A DNA stretch of 59,207 nucleotides, taken from the NCBI GenBank assembly GCA_001602845.1, contig LUZE01000164.1:1-59207 (forward strand), read 5' to 3'. Position 1 is the first letter of the stretch. Every line of letters starts with the position of its first letter. Under the pieces are notes generated by a model. It searched no databases and was not told the DNA's origin. It saw only the letters and a program-made list of their open reading frames with translations. Positions 8,835 to 17,300 of this stretch are shown here, piece after piece. This DNA comes from Bacteroidales bacterium Bact_13. Lineage in GTDB: Bacteria; Bacteroidota; Bacteroidia; Bacteroidales; UBA932. Both the position numbers and the translations under genes were made by a program.

Positions 8835-10843
8835 AATCTGTTCAATTCTTTTGAAAGTCTGTTCTTCACTTTATTAAGTAGCTGCAACTGCCGGACGAGT
8901 TGTACCAGGCGGTCGGATTCGCCCTCTTTCTGGGCTTCCGAAATCTGCCGCGTCACGGCGTTGCATTCGAGTTCTGTAATTCGTAACTTATAGAGCAGTA
9001 CCGACTTGGGCACCATCCGGCCGAGTGTGTTCTCTTCCGGGGCGATGGATTCCTCGTAGGTCTTGACAGTCAGCGGATGCTCCTCGAGGATGAGGGAGAA
9101 TACGGCCTGGTTGAGCGCCGTATCCTCTCCTGTGGTGAAATACCGGACCACCTTCTTCTGGATTTCTGCCGGTTCTTCCCGCGGCAGGGTTTCGACGAAG
9201 GGGTAGTATTTCTCGAAGATTGTCCGGTAGAGGTCGTTGACCATCACCAGGTCGTCGTCGGCGAGGGCGCCGCGGATATATGCCGATACGGTTACCTCTT
9301 CATGGGGCAGGGCGCCATAGACCATGTCTTCCTCGAAATGGAGCGGGTATTCGCCGTACTTCACCAGATAATAGCACAATTCCCGTTCGGGAACGGCCAG
9401 GTAGGTGTCGCGGACCGGGTAGCCGGCCGGTGTCCGGGGCTCATCCGGCACGTCTTCATACGTGTCGACGGGCGTGAGCGGCTCTTCAGGCAGCGGACGG
9501 TCGTCGAAGCGGCGGCGCGAACGGTCGAGTGCCTTTTTCTTGCGACGTACTTCCCCGATCTTGGCCAGCAGGGCGTCAGGCTTCTGGTCGAGCTTCTCGG
9601 CCACCATTTCCACGTAGATGTTGCGCAGGATGGGATCGGGCACCATGGCCACGCTCTGGATGATGTCGCCGATGACCTGGGCCCGGCGGACCGGGTCGCG
9701 CTCGCTCTCTTTCAGCAGCAGGTCGCTCTTGAAGGAGATGAAATCCTTTTCGTTTTCCTCGATGTATTCCTGGATCTCGATCAGGTTGTGGGCCTTGGCG
9801 AAGGAATCGGGATCGTCCTCGGGCGGCAGGAGCACGACCTTCACGTTGAGGCCTTCCTCCAGCACGAGGTCGATGCCGCGCAGGGCGGCCTTGATGCCGG
9901 CGGCGTCGCCGTCGTAGATGATGGTTATCTTGTCGGTGAAGCGCTTGATCAGGCGGATCTGCTCGACCGTGAGCGACGTTCCCGACGAAGCGACCACGTT
10001 GGTCACGCCGGCCTGGTGCATGGAGATGACGTCCGCGTACCCTTCGACGAGGATGCACTTGTCGTTCTTTGCAATGGCGTTCTTGGCCTGGAAGATTCCG
10101 TAGAGCGAGCGGCTCTTGTCGTAGATCTCGCTTTGCGGACTGTTCACGTACTTGGCTACGCTCTTGTCGGTCTTGAGCGTGCGTCCGCCGAAGGCGATCA
10201 CGCGCCCGCTGATGGAGTGGATCGGGAAAATGACCCGGTCAAAGAACCGGTCGTACAGTTCGCCCGTCCCTTCGCGTTCCAGGCACAGCCCGGCTGCCAC
10301 AAGGTATTCGGGCTTGTATCCGTCCCGGATGGCTTTGCTGCACAGGGTCAGGGGACGCGAGGAGGCATAGCCCAGCCCGAACTGCCGGATGGTCTCGTCG
10401 GTGAACTTGCGTTCGTGGAAATAGGAGAGACCGACGGCCTTTCCGATCTCGGTGTTCCAGAGGATGTCACTGTAGAACTTCTGGGCGTAGTCGGTCACCA
10501 CGAGCAGGCTCTCATAGCGCATGCGGTGGGCGATCTCCTCGGCGGTTTCCTCCTTCTCGACAATCTCGATATGGTATTTCTTGGCCAGATAGCGGAGCGC
10601 TTCCACATAGGTCAGGTGCTCGTGCTCCATCAGGAAGGTGACGGCGTTGCCGGCCTTGCCGCAGGCGAAGCACTTGAAGATGCCCTTGGTGGACGACACG
10701 CTCATCGACGGATTCTTGTCCTGGTGGAAAGGACACAGGCCGAGATAGTTCGCGCCGCGCTTGCGCAACGACACGAAATCGCCGATAACCTCTTCGATCC
10801 TGACGGCGTCCAGAATCTTGTCAACTGTAGCGCGGTCGATCAT
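8831..10843 (-). CDS. dnaG: DNA primase
   Basis: 670 aa. CHC2 zinc finger [13 protein letters not shown]...CFACG and TOPRIM motifs [13 protein letters not shown] and YDGDAAG. Confidence 0.95.
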   Translation of the reverse strand: MIDRATVDKILDAVRIEEVIGDFVSLRKRGANYLGLCPFHQDKNPSMSVSSTKGIFKCFACGKAGNAVTFLMEHEHLTYVEALRYLAKKYHIEIVEKEETAEEIAHRMRYESLLVVTDYAQKFYSDILWNTEIGKAVGLSYFHERKFTDETIRQFGLGYASSRPLTLCSKAIRDGYKPEYLVAAGLCLEREGTGELYDRFFDRVIFPIHSISGRVIAFGGRTLKTDKSVAKYVNSPQSEIYDKSRSLYGIFQAKNAIAKNDKCILVEGYADVISMHQAGVTNVVASSGTSLTVEQIRLIKRFTDKITIIYDGDAAGIKAALRGIDLVLEEGLNVKVVLLPPEDDPDSFAKAHNLIEIQEYIEENEKDFISFKSDLLLKESERDPVRRAQVIGDIIQSVAMVPDPILRNIYVEMVAEKLDQKPDALLAKIGEVRRKKKALDRSRRRFDDRPLPEEPLTPVDTYEDVPDEPRTPAGYPVRDTYLAVPERELCYYLVKYGEYPLHFEEDMVYGALPHEEVTVSAYIRGALADDDLVMVNDLYRTIFEKYYPFVETLPREEPAEIQKKVVRYFTTGEDTALNQAVFSLILEEHPLTVKTYEESIAPEENTLGRMVPKSVLLYKLRITELECNAVTRQISEAQKEGESDRLVQLVRQLQLLNKVKNRLSKELNRL

Positions 10844-10847
10844 AAGG

Positions 10848-11555
10848 CTATTTTCCCAAGAGCCGGAGCTCTTCCTTGGTGTACAGGAGCCGGTCGAGGA
10901 TGGGGGACATCTCGTCGGTAAACAGATAGGATGCCACGATGAACAGGACGATCAGGGCACCCACGATAATCAGGATAATCAGCCAGACGGGCCAGCGTTT
11001 CGCCTGGCGGTCTGCTTTGCGTTCCGGCTTCCGGGGCTCAGCCACCGGCTGCTCCGGTGCCGGCTGCTCCGGCTTTGCGGGCTCGACGGCCACGGCTTCC
11101 TTCTTCACGGGTTCGGGCCGCTTGTCGGAAACCTTGATGGCGACCGGCTCCAGGCCCAGTCCGTCGGGCCAGATGTCCAGGTCGTCGTCCGGAACGAAAT
11201 AGAATTCATTGCGTGCATTGGCCCGCATGACGCCGAGGCCGGGCAGCGCACAGGTCTTGCTTCCTTCCAGTTCGGAGCAGAGGCGGCTCAGGCACCATCC
11301 CAGTTCCACGCCGGCCTGTTCATAGGAGACGCCCGCCAGCTGGACGACTTTCTCGAGCAGCAGGCGGCCTTCTTCGAGCGAAACTTCGTGTTTATGGAAG
11401 TACATTCTCCGGAAGGGGGGAAGGATGGTAGTCTGCCGGTCGGAATAGGCAGCCGGCATCAGCTCCGCCGAAAACGTGCCGAGATACGGAACGTCAACCT
11501 TGTCGTTTTCGACAATGAGCTCTTTGATACACTTGGAGAAAAGGCTGATTTCCAT
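10848..11555 (-). CDS. HU-like-domain membrane protein of unknown function
   Basis: 235 aa. N-terminal region resembling the HU/CCDC81-type fold common in Bacteroidota, a Pro/Glu/Lys-rich linker, and one TM helix WPVWLIILIIVGALIVLFIVASY. A GTAAATTTGCA promoter box lies upstream at 11582-11589. Confidence 0.6.
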   Translation of the reverse strand: MEISLFSKCIKELIVENDKVDVPYLGTFSAELMPAAYSDRQTTILPPFRRMYFHKHEVSLEEGRLLLEKVVQLAGVSYEQAGVELGWCLSRLCSELEGSKTCALPGLGVMRANARNEFYFVPDDDLDIWPDGLGLEPVAIKVSDKRPEPVKKEAVAVEPAKPEQPAPEQPVAEPRKPERKADRQAKRWPVWLIILIIVGALIVLFIVASYLFTDEMSPILDRLLYTKEELRLLGK

Positions 11556-11581
11556 GGTCCCGGCAATAGCGTAGTAACCTG

Positions 11582-11589
11582 CAAATTTA
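11582..11589 (-). promoter_or_regulatory. Bacteroidota -7 promoter box TAAATTTG
   Basis: Perfect TAnnTTTG on the minus strand, 26 nt upstream of ATG 11555. Confidence 0.45.
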
Positions 11590-11635
11590 CATAAATTTTG
11601 TCTTTTTGCCGGAAAATGCGGATATTTGTTATGAA

Positions 11636-12781
11636 ATGAAATTCCAGACCTACGTCATATTCTTCCTCCTGTTCGGTGTCTTGCCCGATATCTATCTCTG
11701 GGAGATCGTATTAACAGACGTACCTATATACTGGAAACTTGCCGCCTGCCTGCCGACGCTCGGGGTGATCATCTCCCTTGTGTTGATCGGATGTGTCATC
11801 CGCTATTCGGATTCCGTCAGGGCCTTTTCCTACCTGATGTTCATCTTTTCCCTGCCGAAATCCGTGCTCGTCCTGTTTTCCCTGGTGGGCCGGAATGTCC
11901 TGGGAATCGCTCCTTGCGTCGCCGACGGCATCGCGCTGGGCGTGGCCGGTGCTGTATCGCTGTTTTTCATGACGTTGATCTTCCGTGTCTCGCGGCATCT
12001 GGATGTACATACTGAAAGCCTGGCGTTTGACGACCTGCCGGCTCGTTTCGACGGCTTCCGCATCTGCCAGCTGACCGATATCCACCTGGGCTCTTTCGGC
12101 CGGAAAAGCCATTATGTCCGGCGCATCATCGATACCGCCCTTTCGCTGTCGCCCGATATCATCCTTTTTACCGGAGACCTGGTCAACTTCGAATCTTCCG
12201 AAGCCGTTCCCTTCCGGGAAGAACTGGGGCGGCTGACTGCACCTTTGGGTGTGTTCTCCGTCCGCGGCAACCATGACTATCTGCTGCACGGACATCACAA
12301 TGAGCAGGAACGGCTGGACGACATGGACAGGTTGCTGCAACTCGAGATGGGCCTGGGCTGGCGTGTGCTGCGCAACGAGCATGTGCTGCTGGAGCGGGAA
12401 GGCGACGTACTGGCTGTGGTCGGGGTGGACAACGTTTCCGCCAATCCCTTTTTCAACAAGGCGGGCGGCAGCCTTTCGAAAGCGCTGGAAGGCCTGCCCC
12501 GCAATCTCTTCAAGATCCTGCTGTCACACGACCCGTCGCACTGGCGCTGGGAAGTCGTGCCGGAAGGCAGCATTGCGCTGACGCTTTCCGGACACACGCA
12601 CGGACTGAAATACAAGCTGGCCGGACGGCACATCTCGCACTGGCACCTTCCTGAATCCGCCGGGACCTACCGGGAAGGGAAGCAGGTCCTGCATGTGTCT
12701 AAAGGTCTCGGCAGTGCCTTTGCCTTCCGCATGGGCGGATTCCCTGATATTGATATTCTTACGCTTCGGCGTTCAAAATGA
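11636..12781 (+). CDS. membrane-anchored metallophosphoesterase (YkuE-like)
   Basis: The track ORF starts at TTG 11606 and the first ATG is 11636 (MKFQTYVIFFLL). Several N-terminal TM helices are followed by calcineurin-like motifs QLTDIHLG, GDLVNF, GNHD and GHTHG. Confidence 0.8.
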   Translation: MKFQTYVIFFLLFGVLPDIYLWEIVLTDVPIYWKLAACLPTLGVIISLVLIGCVIRYSDSVRAFSYLMFIFSLPKSVLVLFSLVGRNVLGIAPCVADGIALGVAGAVSLFFMTLIFRVSRHLDVHTESLAFDDLPARFDGFRICQLTDIHLGSFGRKSHYVRRIIDTALSLSPDIILFTGDLVNFESSEAVPFREELGRLTAPLGVFSVRGNHDYLLHGHHNEQERLDDMDRLLQLEMGLGWRVLRNEHVLLEREGDVLAVVGVDNVSANPFFNKAGGSLSKALEGLPRNLFKILLSHDPSHWRWEVVPEGSIALTLSGHTHGLKYKLAGRHISHWHLPESAGTYREGKQVLHVSKGLGSAFAFRMGGFPDIDILTLRRSK

Positions 12782-12806
12782 GATACTAAACCTAAACCGA
12801 AATACT

Positions 12807-13730
12807 ATGGATAAATGGATCATGATTGTCAACCCCGCATCCGCATCGGCGACGACGAAGGATACGTGGCAGGCATCACGGAAGATTCTGACGGATAACG
12901 GACTGACAGTCGATTCGGTCTGCACCGGGCGTCCCGGGCACGGCATCGAACTGGCCCGTGAAGCGGCGGAAAAAGGATACAGGAAGATTATCGCTGTCGG
13001 TGGCGACGGCACCATTCACGAGGTGATGACGGGCCTGCTCCGCTTTTCGGATGCGACCGGCACGGACCTGGGCGAATTCACGATGGCCGTGCTTCCTTAC
13101 GGAACCGGCAACGACTGGATCAAGACGCCCGGGATTCCCAAGGAGATGGAGGCCGCTACGCGTTGCATCCTCTCCGGCCATACCGGGCTGGAGGATGTGG
13201 TGCGGGTTACTTTCGACAACGGCGTTTTCTGCATGGCCAATGTCGGCGGTGTCGGCCTGGATGCCAACATCTGCTACAATACGAATAAGCTCAAGAAAAA
13301 AGGATACAAGGGCGACCTGCTGTACAAGATGGTCGCGCCGTACTCCATCTTCGCAAAGAGCCGTTATCCGGTCGAAGTCATCTGCGATGGCAGGACAATC
13401 TATTCGGGCAAACTGTTCTCGGCCGTCATCGGCAACGGTACTTACCGTGGCGGCGGTATCCGCCAAACGGAAGCGGGACGCTGGGACGACGGGCAGCTGG
13501 AAGTGTCCATCATGGGCGGCGTCAATCATATCAAGGGCCTGAAGCTCATGATGCACGCGCTTTCGGGCGACTTCCCCCAGCAAAAAGGCATCGTATCCGC
13601 GCGTTTCCGCAAGATGACCGTCAAGCCGCTCGGAAAGCCGCACCGCATCGAGTTGGACGGGGAGATTCCGGGCGTCCTTCCGGCGACTTTCGAGGCGACC
13701 GGGCAGCAGATCCATATCATCATCCCGTAA
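12807..13730 (+). CDS. diacylglycerol-kinase-family lipid kinase (YegS/BmrU type)
   Basis: The true start is probably ATG 12807 (MDKWIMIVNPASASATT). The track ORF begins at 12693 inside the previous gene. DAGK catalytic motif AVGGDGTIHEV. Confidence 0.8.
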   Translation: MDKWIMIVNPASASATTKDTWQASRKILTDNGLTVDSVCTGRPGHGIELAREAAEKGYRKIIAVGGDGTIHEVMTGLLRFSDATGTDLGEFTMAVLPYGTGNDWIKTPGIPKEMEAATRCILSGHTGLEDVVRVTFDNGVFCMANVGGVGLDANICYNTNKLKKKGYKGDLLYKMVAPYSIFAKSRYPVEVICDGRTIYSGKLFSAVIGNGTYRGGGIRQTEAGRWDDGQLEVSIMGGVNHIKGLKLMMHALSGDFPQQKGIVSARFRKMTVKPLGKPHRIELDGEIPGVLPATFEATGQQIHIIIP

Positions 13731-13735
13731 GCCAC

Positions 13736-14362
13736 ATGGCAGGTTCTGTCAAGGAAGCCCGGCTGGGTTTCGCTGCGCGGCTGTTGCGGGGTTTAGCATG
13801 GCTGGTGGTGCATACGGTGCAGCGGCCGAAGGTATGCGGGCCGAAGCCCGTCGTCGAAGGTCCTGCCATCTTCGTCTGCCGGCATGTGGGCCTGATGGAC
13901 CCGGTGGTCCTGATGGTATTGTATTTCAAGAAGCTGATTCATCCGCTGGTGGCCAAGGATTATTACGAGGCGAACGGGTTTACGCGCGCTTTCTATCCGA
14001 TTGCGCAGTGTTATCCCATTGACCGGCACAATGTCTCGACCCGTTGGATGGAATTGTCGCTGGAGGCGTTGAAAAAGGGGGAGGGCATCATCATTTACCC
14101 GGAGGGACGGCGCAACAAGTCGGGTGAGGGGCTGCTGCCGTTCCAGAACGGGGCTGCGCTGCTGGCTGCCCGCAGCGGTGCGCAGGTCGTCCCTGTCTAC
14201 AATGCTTTCTGGAAGTTCCCGCACCGTTACCGGCTGGCAATCGGCGAGCCGTTCCATCTGGATCCGCTGCCGCCGGAAGGCCCTTCTTCCGCCTGGCTCT
14301 CCTCCCAGACCGACCGCATCCAGTCTGCCGTCGCTGCCCTGGGCGCATCCGTAGACGCTTAA
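13736..14362 (+). CDS. lysophospholipid (1-acyl-glycerol-3-phosphate-type) acyltransferase, PlsC family
   Basis: 208 aa. HX4D motif CRHVGLMDP and a YPEGRRN block. Confidence 0.8.
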   Translation: MAGSVKEARLGFAARLLRGLAWLVVHTVQRPKVCGPKPVVEGPAIFVCRHVGLMDPVVLMVLYFKKLIHPLVAKDYYEANGFTRAFYPIAQCYPIDRHNVSTRWMELSLEALKKGEGIIIYPEGRRNKSGEGLLPFQNGAALLAARSGAQVVPVYNAFWKFPHRYRLAIGEPFHLDPLPPEGPSSAWLSSQTDRIQSAVAALGASVDA

Positions 14363-14560
14363 ACGTCGCTCCGCTTGGGCCTTGGCCCGTGGCGCGCCCC
14401 TCTTGTCATGCCCTGCCCCGACCCCTTCGTCATGCCCGGCCCCGACCGGGCATCTGGTAACTGTGGCGCGCCCTCAATCGTCGCTCCGCTTGGGCTTTGG
14501 CCCTGTGGCGCAGCCGGAACCGTTTGGGGGCTGCGAGCCCTCGCCCCAAACGAACCGCGG
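14363..14560. repeat. cluster of GC-rich REP-like intergenic elements
   Basis: Two copies of CGTCGCTCCGCTTGGGCYTTGGCCC(K)TGGCGC (14364-14395 and 14479-14511). GGCGCGCC occurs at 14391-14398 and 14465-14472. There is a palindromic unit GTCATGCCCGGCCCCGACCGGGCATCTG (14429-14456) preceded by a degenerate half-unit (14404-14425), and a hairpin CGTTTGGGG...CCCCAAACG. Confidence 0.8.
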
Positions 14561-14625
14561 CTGCTGCACCAGGCCCACGCACAGCCCGCGCTCCGAGACT
14601 TGCGCCATCGTCTGGGCGGGTGTTA

Positions 14626-14737
14626 CCCGTGGTGGCTAACTATCTGTTTACCAACGCTTTCTTTGAAATCGGTTGCATCAAAATACGCAACCGATAATTG
14701 CTTATCGGCTGATAAACAGCGTGTTAACCACCACGGG
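14626..14737. repeat. 112-nt nested inverted-repeat element (possible structured RNA or MITE-like remnant)
   Basis: Outer arms CCCGTGGTGGCTAAC (14626-14640) and GTTAACCACCACGGG (14723-14737) are complementary at 14 of 15 positions. An inner perfect 9-bp hairpin is formed by ATCGGTTGC (14668-14676) and GCAACCGAT (14687-14695). Confidence 0.6.
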
Positions 14738-14789
14738 CCATCCCTTGCTTTGAGCCCAATCCTGTGTTGCCCGACTGATCTCCCCGACT

Positions 14790-14816
14790 GTCATGCCCGG
14801 CTTGACCGGGCATCTG
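14790..14816. repeat. REP-like palindromic unit GTCATGCCCGGCTTGACCGGGCATCTG
   Basis: Same family as 14429-14456 and, in inverted orientation, 20646-20672. Stem ATGCCCGG/CCGGGCAT. Confidence 0.8.
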
Positions 14817-15051
14817 AAAACGCCTGCGCCGTCCCTCCTATCACGAAAGGCATGAGGGCGCCGCTTCTTCCCTTTCGCGTCAACTTTTTCCAGTGATAAG
14901 GCTGAATCCCGTCCGCGAAAGGCATCATATAGATGAATCTTCCCTTTCGTGACAGACAAATGAGATCAAACGTATTGTCTCCAACGCGCTGAACACTATT
15001 AGTGACGGTAGCGTCCCAACAAATGGGACGTTACCTGCACTCGGTTGTCGA

Positions 15052-15118
15052 GGGTTATCCTCGTCAGGGCGCTGCGGGACCCTCATTATCCCGCAGCAGC
15101 CCTGGCGGGAGATAACCC
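15052..15118. repeat. long imperfect hairpin (about 27 paired positions)
   Basis: GGGTTATCCTCGTCAGGGCGCTGCGGG - loop ACCCTCATTAT - CCCGCAGCAGCCCTGGCGGGAGATAACCC, paired by eye with two G-U pairs, one mismatch and one bulged A. It sits 45 nt upstream of the first island gene. Confidence 0.7.
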
Positions 15119-15162
15119 GCAAATCAGAAAAATGACTATTTTTGTTCTCAAATGCCTTTAAT

Positions 15163-15804
15163 ATGAACAAAATCCTTCTTATTTGCTTTTCCCTTTTATC
15201 CTTCCACAGCCTTTTTGCACAGGACATCATCCATACTGTAAGTGCTAAGACAATTGAAGCAAAAGTATTGGAAATCAGTGATACTGAAGTAACTTATAAA
15301 TTGTTCAACAACTTGGAAGGCCCAGTATTCAGAATGTCGACAGATAAAGTCTTCAAGATTGTCTTTGAGAACGGGACCGAATATTCCTTTGTAGAAGATG
15401 TGGTCAATCATGGGCTTGCTCCTGATGCCTCACTTCAAGAACTAACAGCCAAAGGCAACAATCTTCTGCTCATCTTTAATGATATGAACGGTAATTTCGA
15501 TGAAAAAGATGCATATCTAAAAGAGTTTCTTCGGGAAGATGGTCGCTGGAACCTGGTGGATATTCCAGCAGGAGCAGATTTCATTCTTTATGTTGAAGGA
15601 TACTCAAAGCGAACGGCCAAATCCTTTGCCAGCGATACCTATTTCATGACTCCAACCATCCGTCGGATGGACAATACAGATGTTTGGACAGGAATGACAG
15701 TAGATGCGTGTGCTAATGCTTTTAACGGTTATAGAGCTGTTAAAGCGGTGTCCAAGGCTCTTGTATTCGAATCTCTTCTTCGCGGTTTGGATAATGCCCA
15801 ATAG
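15163..15804 (+). CDS. hypothetical exported protein (low-GC island gene 1)
   Basis: ATG 15163 gives MNKILLICFSLLSFHSLFAQ, a signal peptide. The track ORF starts at TTG 15142. AT-rich codon usage contrasts with the flanks. I recognise no motif. Confidence 0.6.
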   Translation: MNKILLICFSLLSFHSLFAQDIIHTVSAKTIEAKVLEISDTEVTYKLFNNLEGPVFRMSTDKVFKIVFENGTEYSFVEDVVNHGLAPDASLQELTAKGNNLLLIFNDMNGNFDEKDAYLKEFLREDGRWNLVDIPAGADFILYVEGYSKRTAKSFASDTYFMTPTIRRMDNTDVWTGMTVDACANAFNGYRAVKAVSKALVFESLLRGLDNAQ

Positions 15805-15806
15805 TC

Positions 15807-15823
15807 CCCCGACCGGGCATTTG
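15807..15823. repeat. half-copy of the REP-like unit (CCCCGACCGGGCATTTG)
   Basis: Matches the right half of the 14429-14456 unit. It lies between island genes 1 and 2. Confidence 0.55.
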
Positions 15824-15857
15824 ATAACTTAGGTGTATGAATCAAAAATTATTTCAT

Positions 15858-16472
15858 ATGAAGAAATTAGTAGTATTCTCTATTATGTTGATTGCTGGCA
15901 CTTGTGCAGTATTTGCTCAGCCAGAATCAGATAATTATTTTCTTCCCGAAGATAGCAACGGTAGAGTCTTCATCAGCGGTGTAGTTGAGGTTCCGTATAG
16001 TGCCGACACGATCATCAGCCTTACGAAAGACTTCGAGGTGGAAATTGATCATTGGAAATATTGTGATACGAGCGATAAGTATTATGGCCTATCAAAGATT
16101 TCTTTTATTACAGAACTAGGTGTCGGAGAACGAGTTGTTGATCTTGGCATTGTCGGCGAAGTGACTAAACCCAAAAGCATCGTTAAGTTTCTGCTAACTC
16201 TGGAAGTTAGAGACGGTAAGTATCGTTACACAATGACGGACTTCAAGACGGAGCGCTGGCGTATTCGTGGCGATGGACCCGATGACGGCCCTTCAAACGA
16301 GATGCATCGGCAGCGGGTTGCCTGCATCAATGGGTATCCGAAGAAATATAAAGGCATTCCTCGCGAGGAGTATCTTGCAGAAGAAGAGGATAGCCTCAAG
16401 GCAGAGTATGAAGTCGTGATGAAATTCGTAAAGGAAGTGGAGAATATGTGTAATCGATTCAGTGATTTCTAA
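15858..16472 (+). CDS. hypothetical exported protein (low-GC island gene 2; possibly DUF4468-like)
   Basis: ATG 15858 gives MKKLVVFSIMLIAGTCAVFAQ, a signal peptide. About 204 aa. The family assignment is only an impression. Confidence 0.55.
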   Translation: MKKLVVFSIMLIAGTCAVFAQPESDNYFLPEDSNGRVFISGVVEVPYSADTIISLTKDFEVEIDHWKYCDTSDKYYGLSKISFITELGVGERVVDLGIVGEVTKPKSIVKFLLTLEVRDGKYRYTMTDFKTERWRIRGDGPDDGPSNEMHRQRVACINGYPKKYKGIPREEYLAEEEDSLKAEYEVVMKFVKEVENMCNRFSDF

Positions 16473-16538
16473 ACCACCCTGAACAAAAACTGCAGCAACT
16501 AATTTCGAGATACTACACGAAAACGGAATAGATTTACA

Positions 16539-17012
16539 ATGAAAAGATTATTATTGGTTTTAACGACTCTTTGTCTTTGTCATTGTTTATATGCACAATC
16601 ATCTTTGACCTATCGTGGTGGTAAGTTTTATGGTAATGACGGCCGTGTCTTGTCCGATGCTAATATGTTGAATCTGGTTGGCCGGGATGTTTATTACGAC
16701 ACGTACGTAGATGCCCGGAGACAGTTGAGGCTCGGCAAGACATTGGCTTTTACCGGCATTGGCGTTTTTTCGGCAGGATTAGCGGCCACTATCGTTGGCG
16801 CTTATACTGGTTATGATGCAATTTATTATAGCGGAGCCGCTGTTTCTGTTGTTGGCGGCGCGTTAATCGATGCCGGTATTCCCATTTGGGTTATTGGAAG
16901 TTCTCGACTTCACTGGATAGAATCGGATTACAATAAAAAACATGCTTCTGTCCAGGTACAACTGTCTCTTGTTGTCGTGAACAGAGGGATTGGATTATCG
17001 GCGCGGTTCTAA
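16539..17012 (+). CDS. hypothetical membrane protein (low-GC island gene 3)
   Basis: MKRLLLVLTTLCLCHCLYAQ signal peptide, then two hydrophobic Gly/Ala-rich helices (LAFTGIGVFSAGLAATIVGAY, AAVSVVGGALIDAGIPIWVIG). Confidence 0.55.
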   Translation: MKRLLLVLTTLCLCHCLYAQSSLTYRGGKFYGNDGRVLSDANMLNLVGRDVYYDTYVDARRQLRLGKTLAFTGIGVFSAGLAATIVGAYTGYDAIYYSGAAVSVVGGALIDAGIPIWVIGSSRLHWIESDYNKKHASVQVQLSLVVVNRGIGLSARF

Positions 17013-17160
17013 GTGTCAGTCGCGGAGCGCGGGCTGCGCGTTGGCCTGGTGGAGAGGTCACGGTTCCTCGTGGCGAGTGCTCGACAGCCACGAGGGCTCT
17101 GACCTCGCCAAAGGCAAAGCCCGCACAAGCAAAACGACGCTCCGTGGCGCGCCCAAGCAA
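17013..17160. repeat. GC-rich REP-like cluster at the right edge of the island
   Basis: Hairpin CCTCGTGGC-12 nt-GCCACGAGG flanked by GGTCA/TGACC. GGCGCGCC occurs at 17146-17153, within a segment resembling the reverse complement of the 14364-14395 repeat. Confidence 0.6.
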
Positions 17161-17233
17161 GCAAATATTTTTTATACTCTTGATATAACCAGTTCCGGCG
17201 TTATATCGAGATTATATGGAAACGAAAACGGAT

Positions 17234-17274
17234 GAACGTTATATTGGGCTGATAAGCAGTGCGATATAACGTTC
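17234..17274. terminator. hairpin, possible bidirectional terminator
   Basis: Perfect 11-bp arms GAACGTTATAT and ATATAACGTTC with a 19-nt loop. T-rich tracts follow on both strands (GCTTTTTTGC on plus, CCGTTTTCGTTTCC on minus). It lies 27 nt downstream of the ABC exporter stop. Confidence 0.5.
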
Positions 17275-17300
17275 AATTCGTATTGCTTTTTTGCGGGATG

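Noticed and set aside
9077-10921. 614-aa plus-strand ORF
   Set aside because: Antisense to dnaG, which has its zinc finger and TOPRIM motifs present. Shadow ORF.
14375-14959. ORFs 14375..14896 (+), 14382..14639 (+), 14497..14697 (+) and 14702..14959 (-), and likewise 20590..20918 (-)
   Set aside because: They run through the REP-like palindromes. The recurring peptide strings such as MPGLTGHL and CHARLDRAS are simply translations of the repeat unit. There is no start context and no coding-like composition.
14708-17258. Possible direct repeats GGCTGATAAACAGCGTG (about 14708) and GGCTGATAAGCAGTGCG (about 17247) flanking the low-GC island, considered as att-like duplication
   Set aside because: Only 14 of 17 positions match, both copies sit inside local hairpins, and no integrase is present. 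This is too weak to call target-site duplication or att sites.
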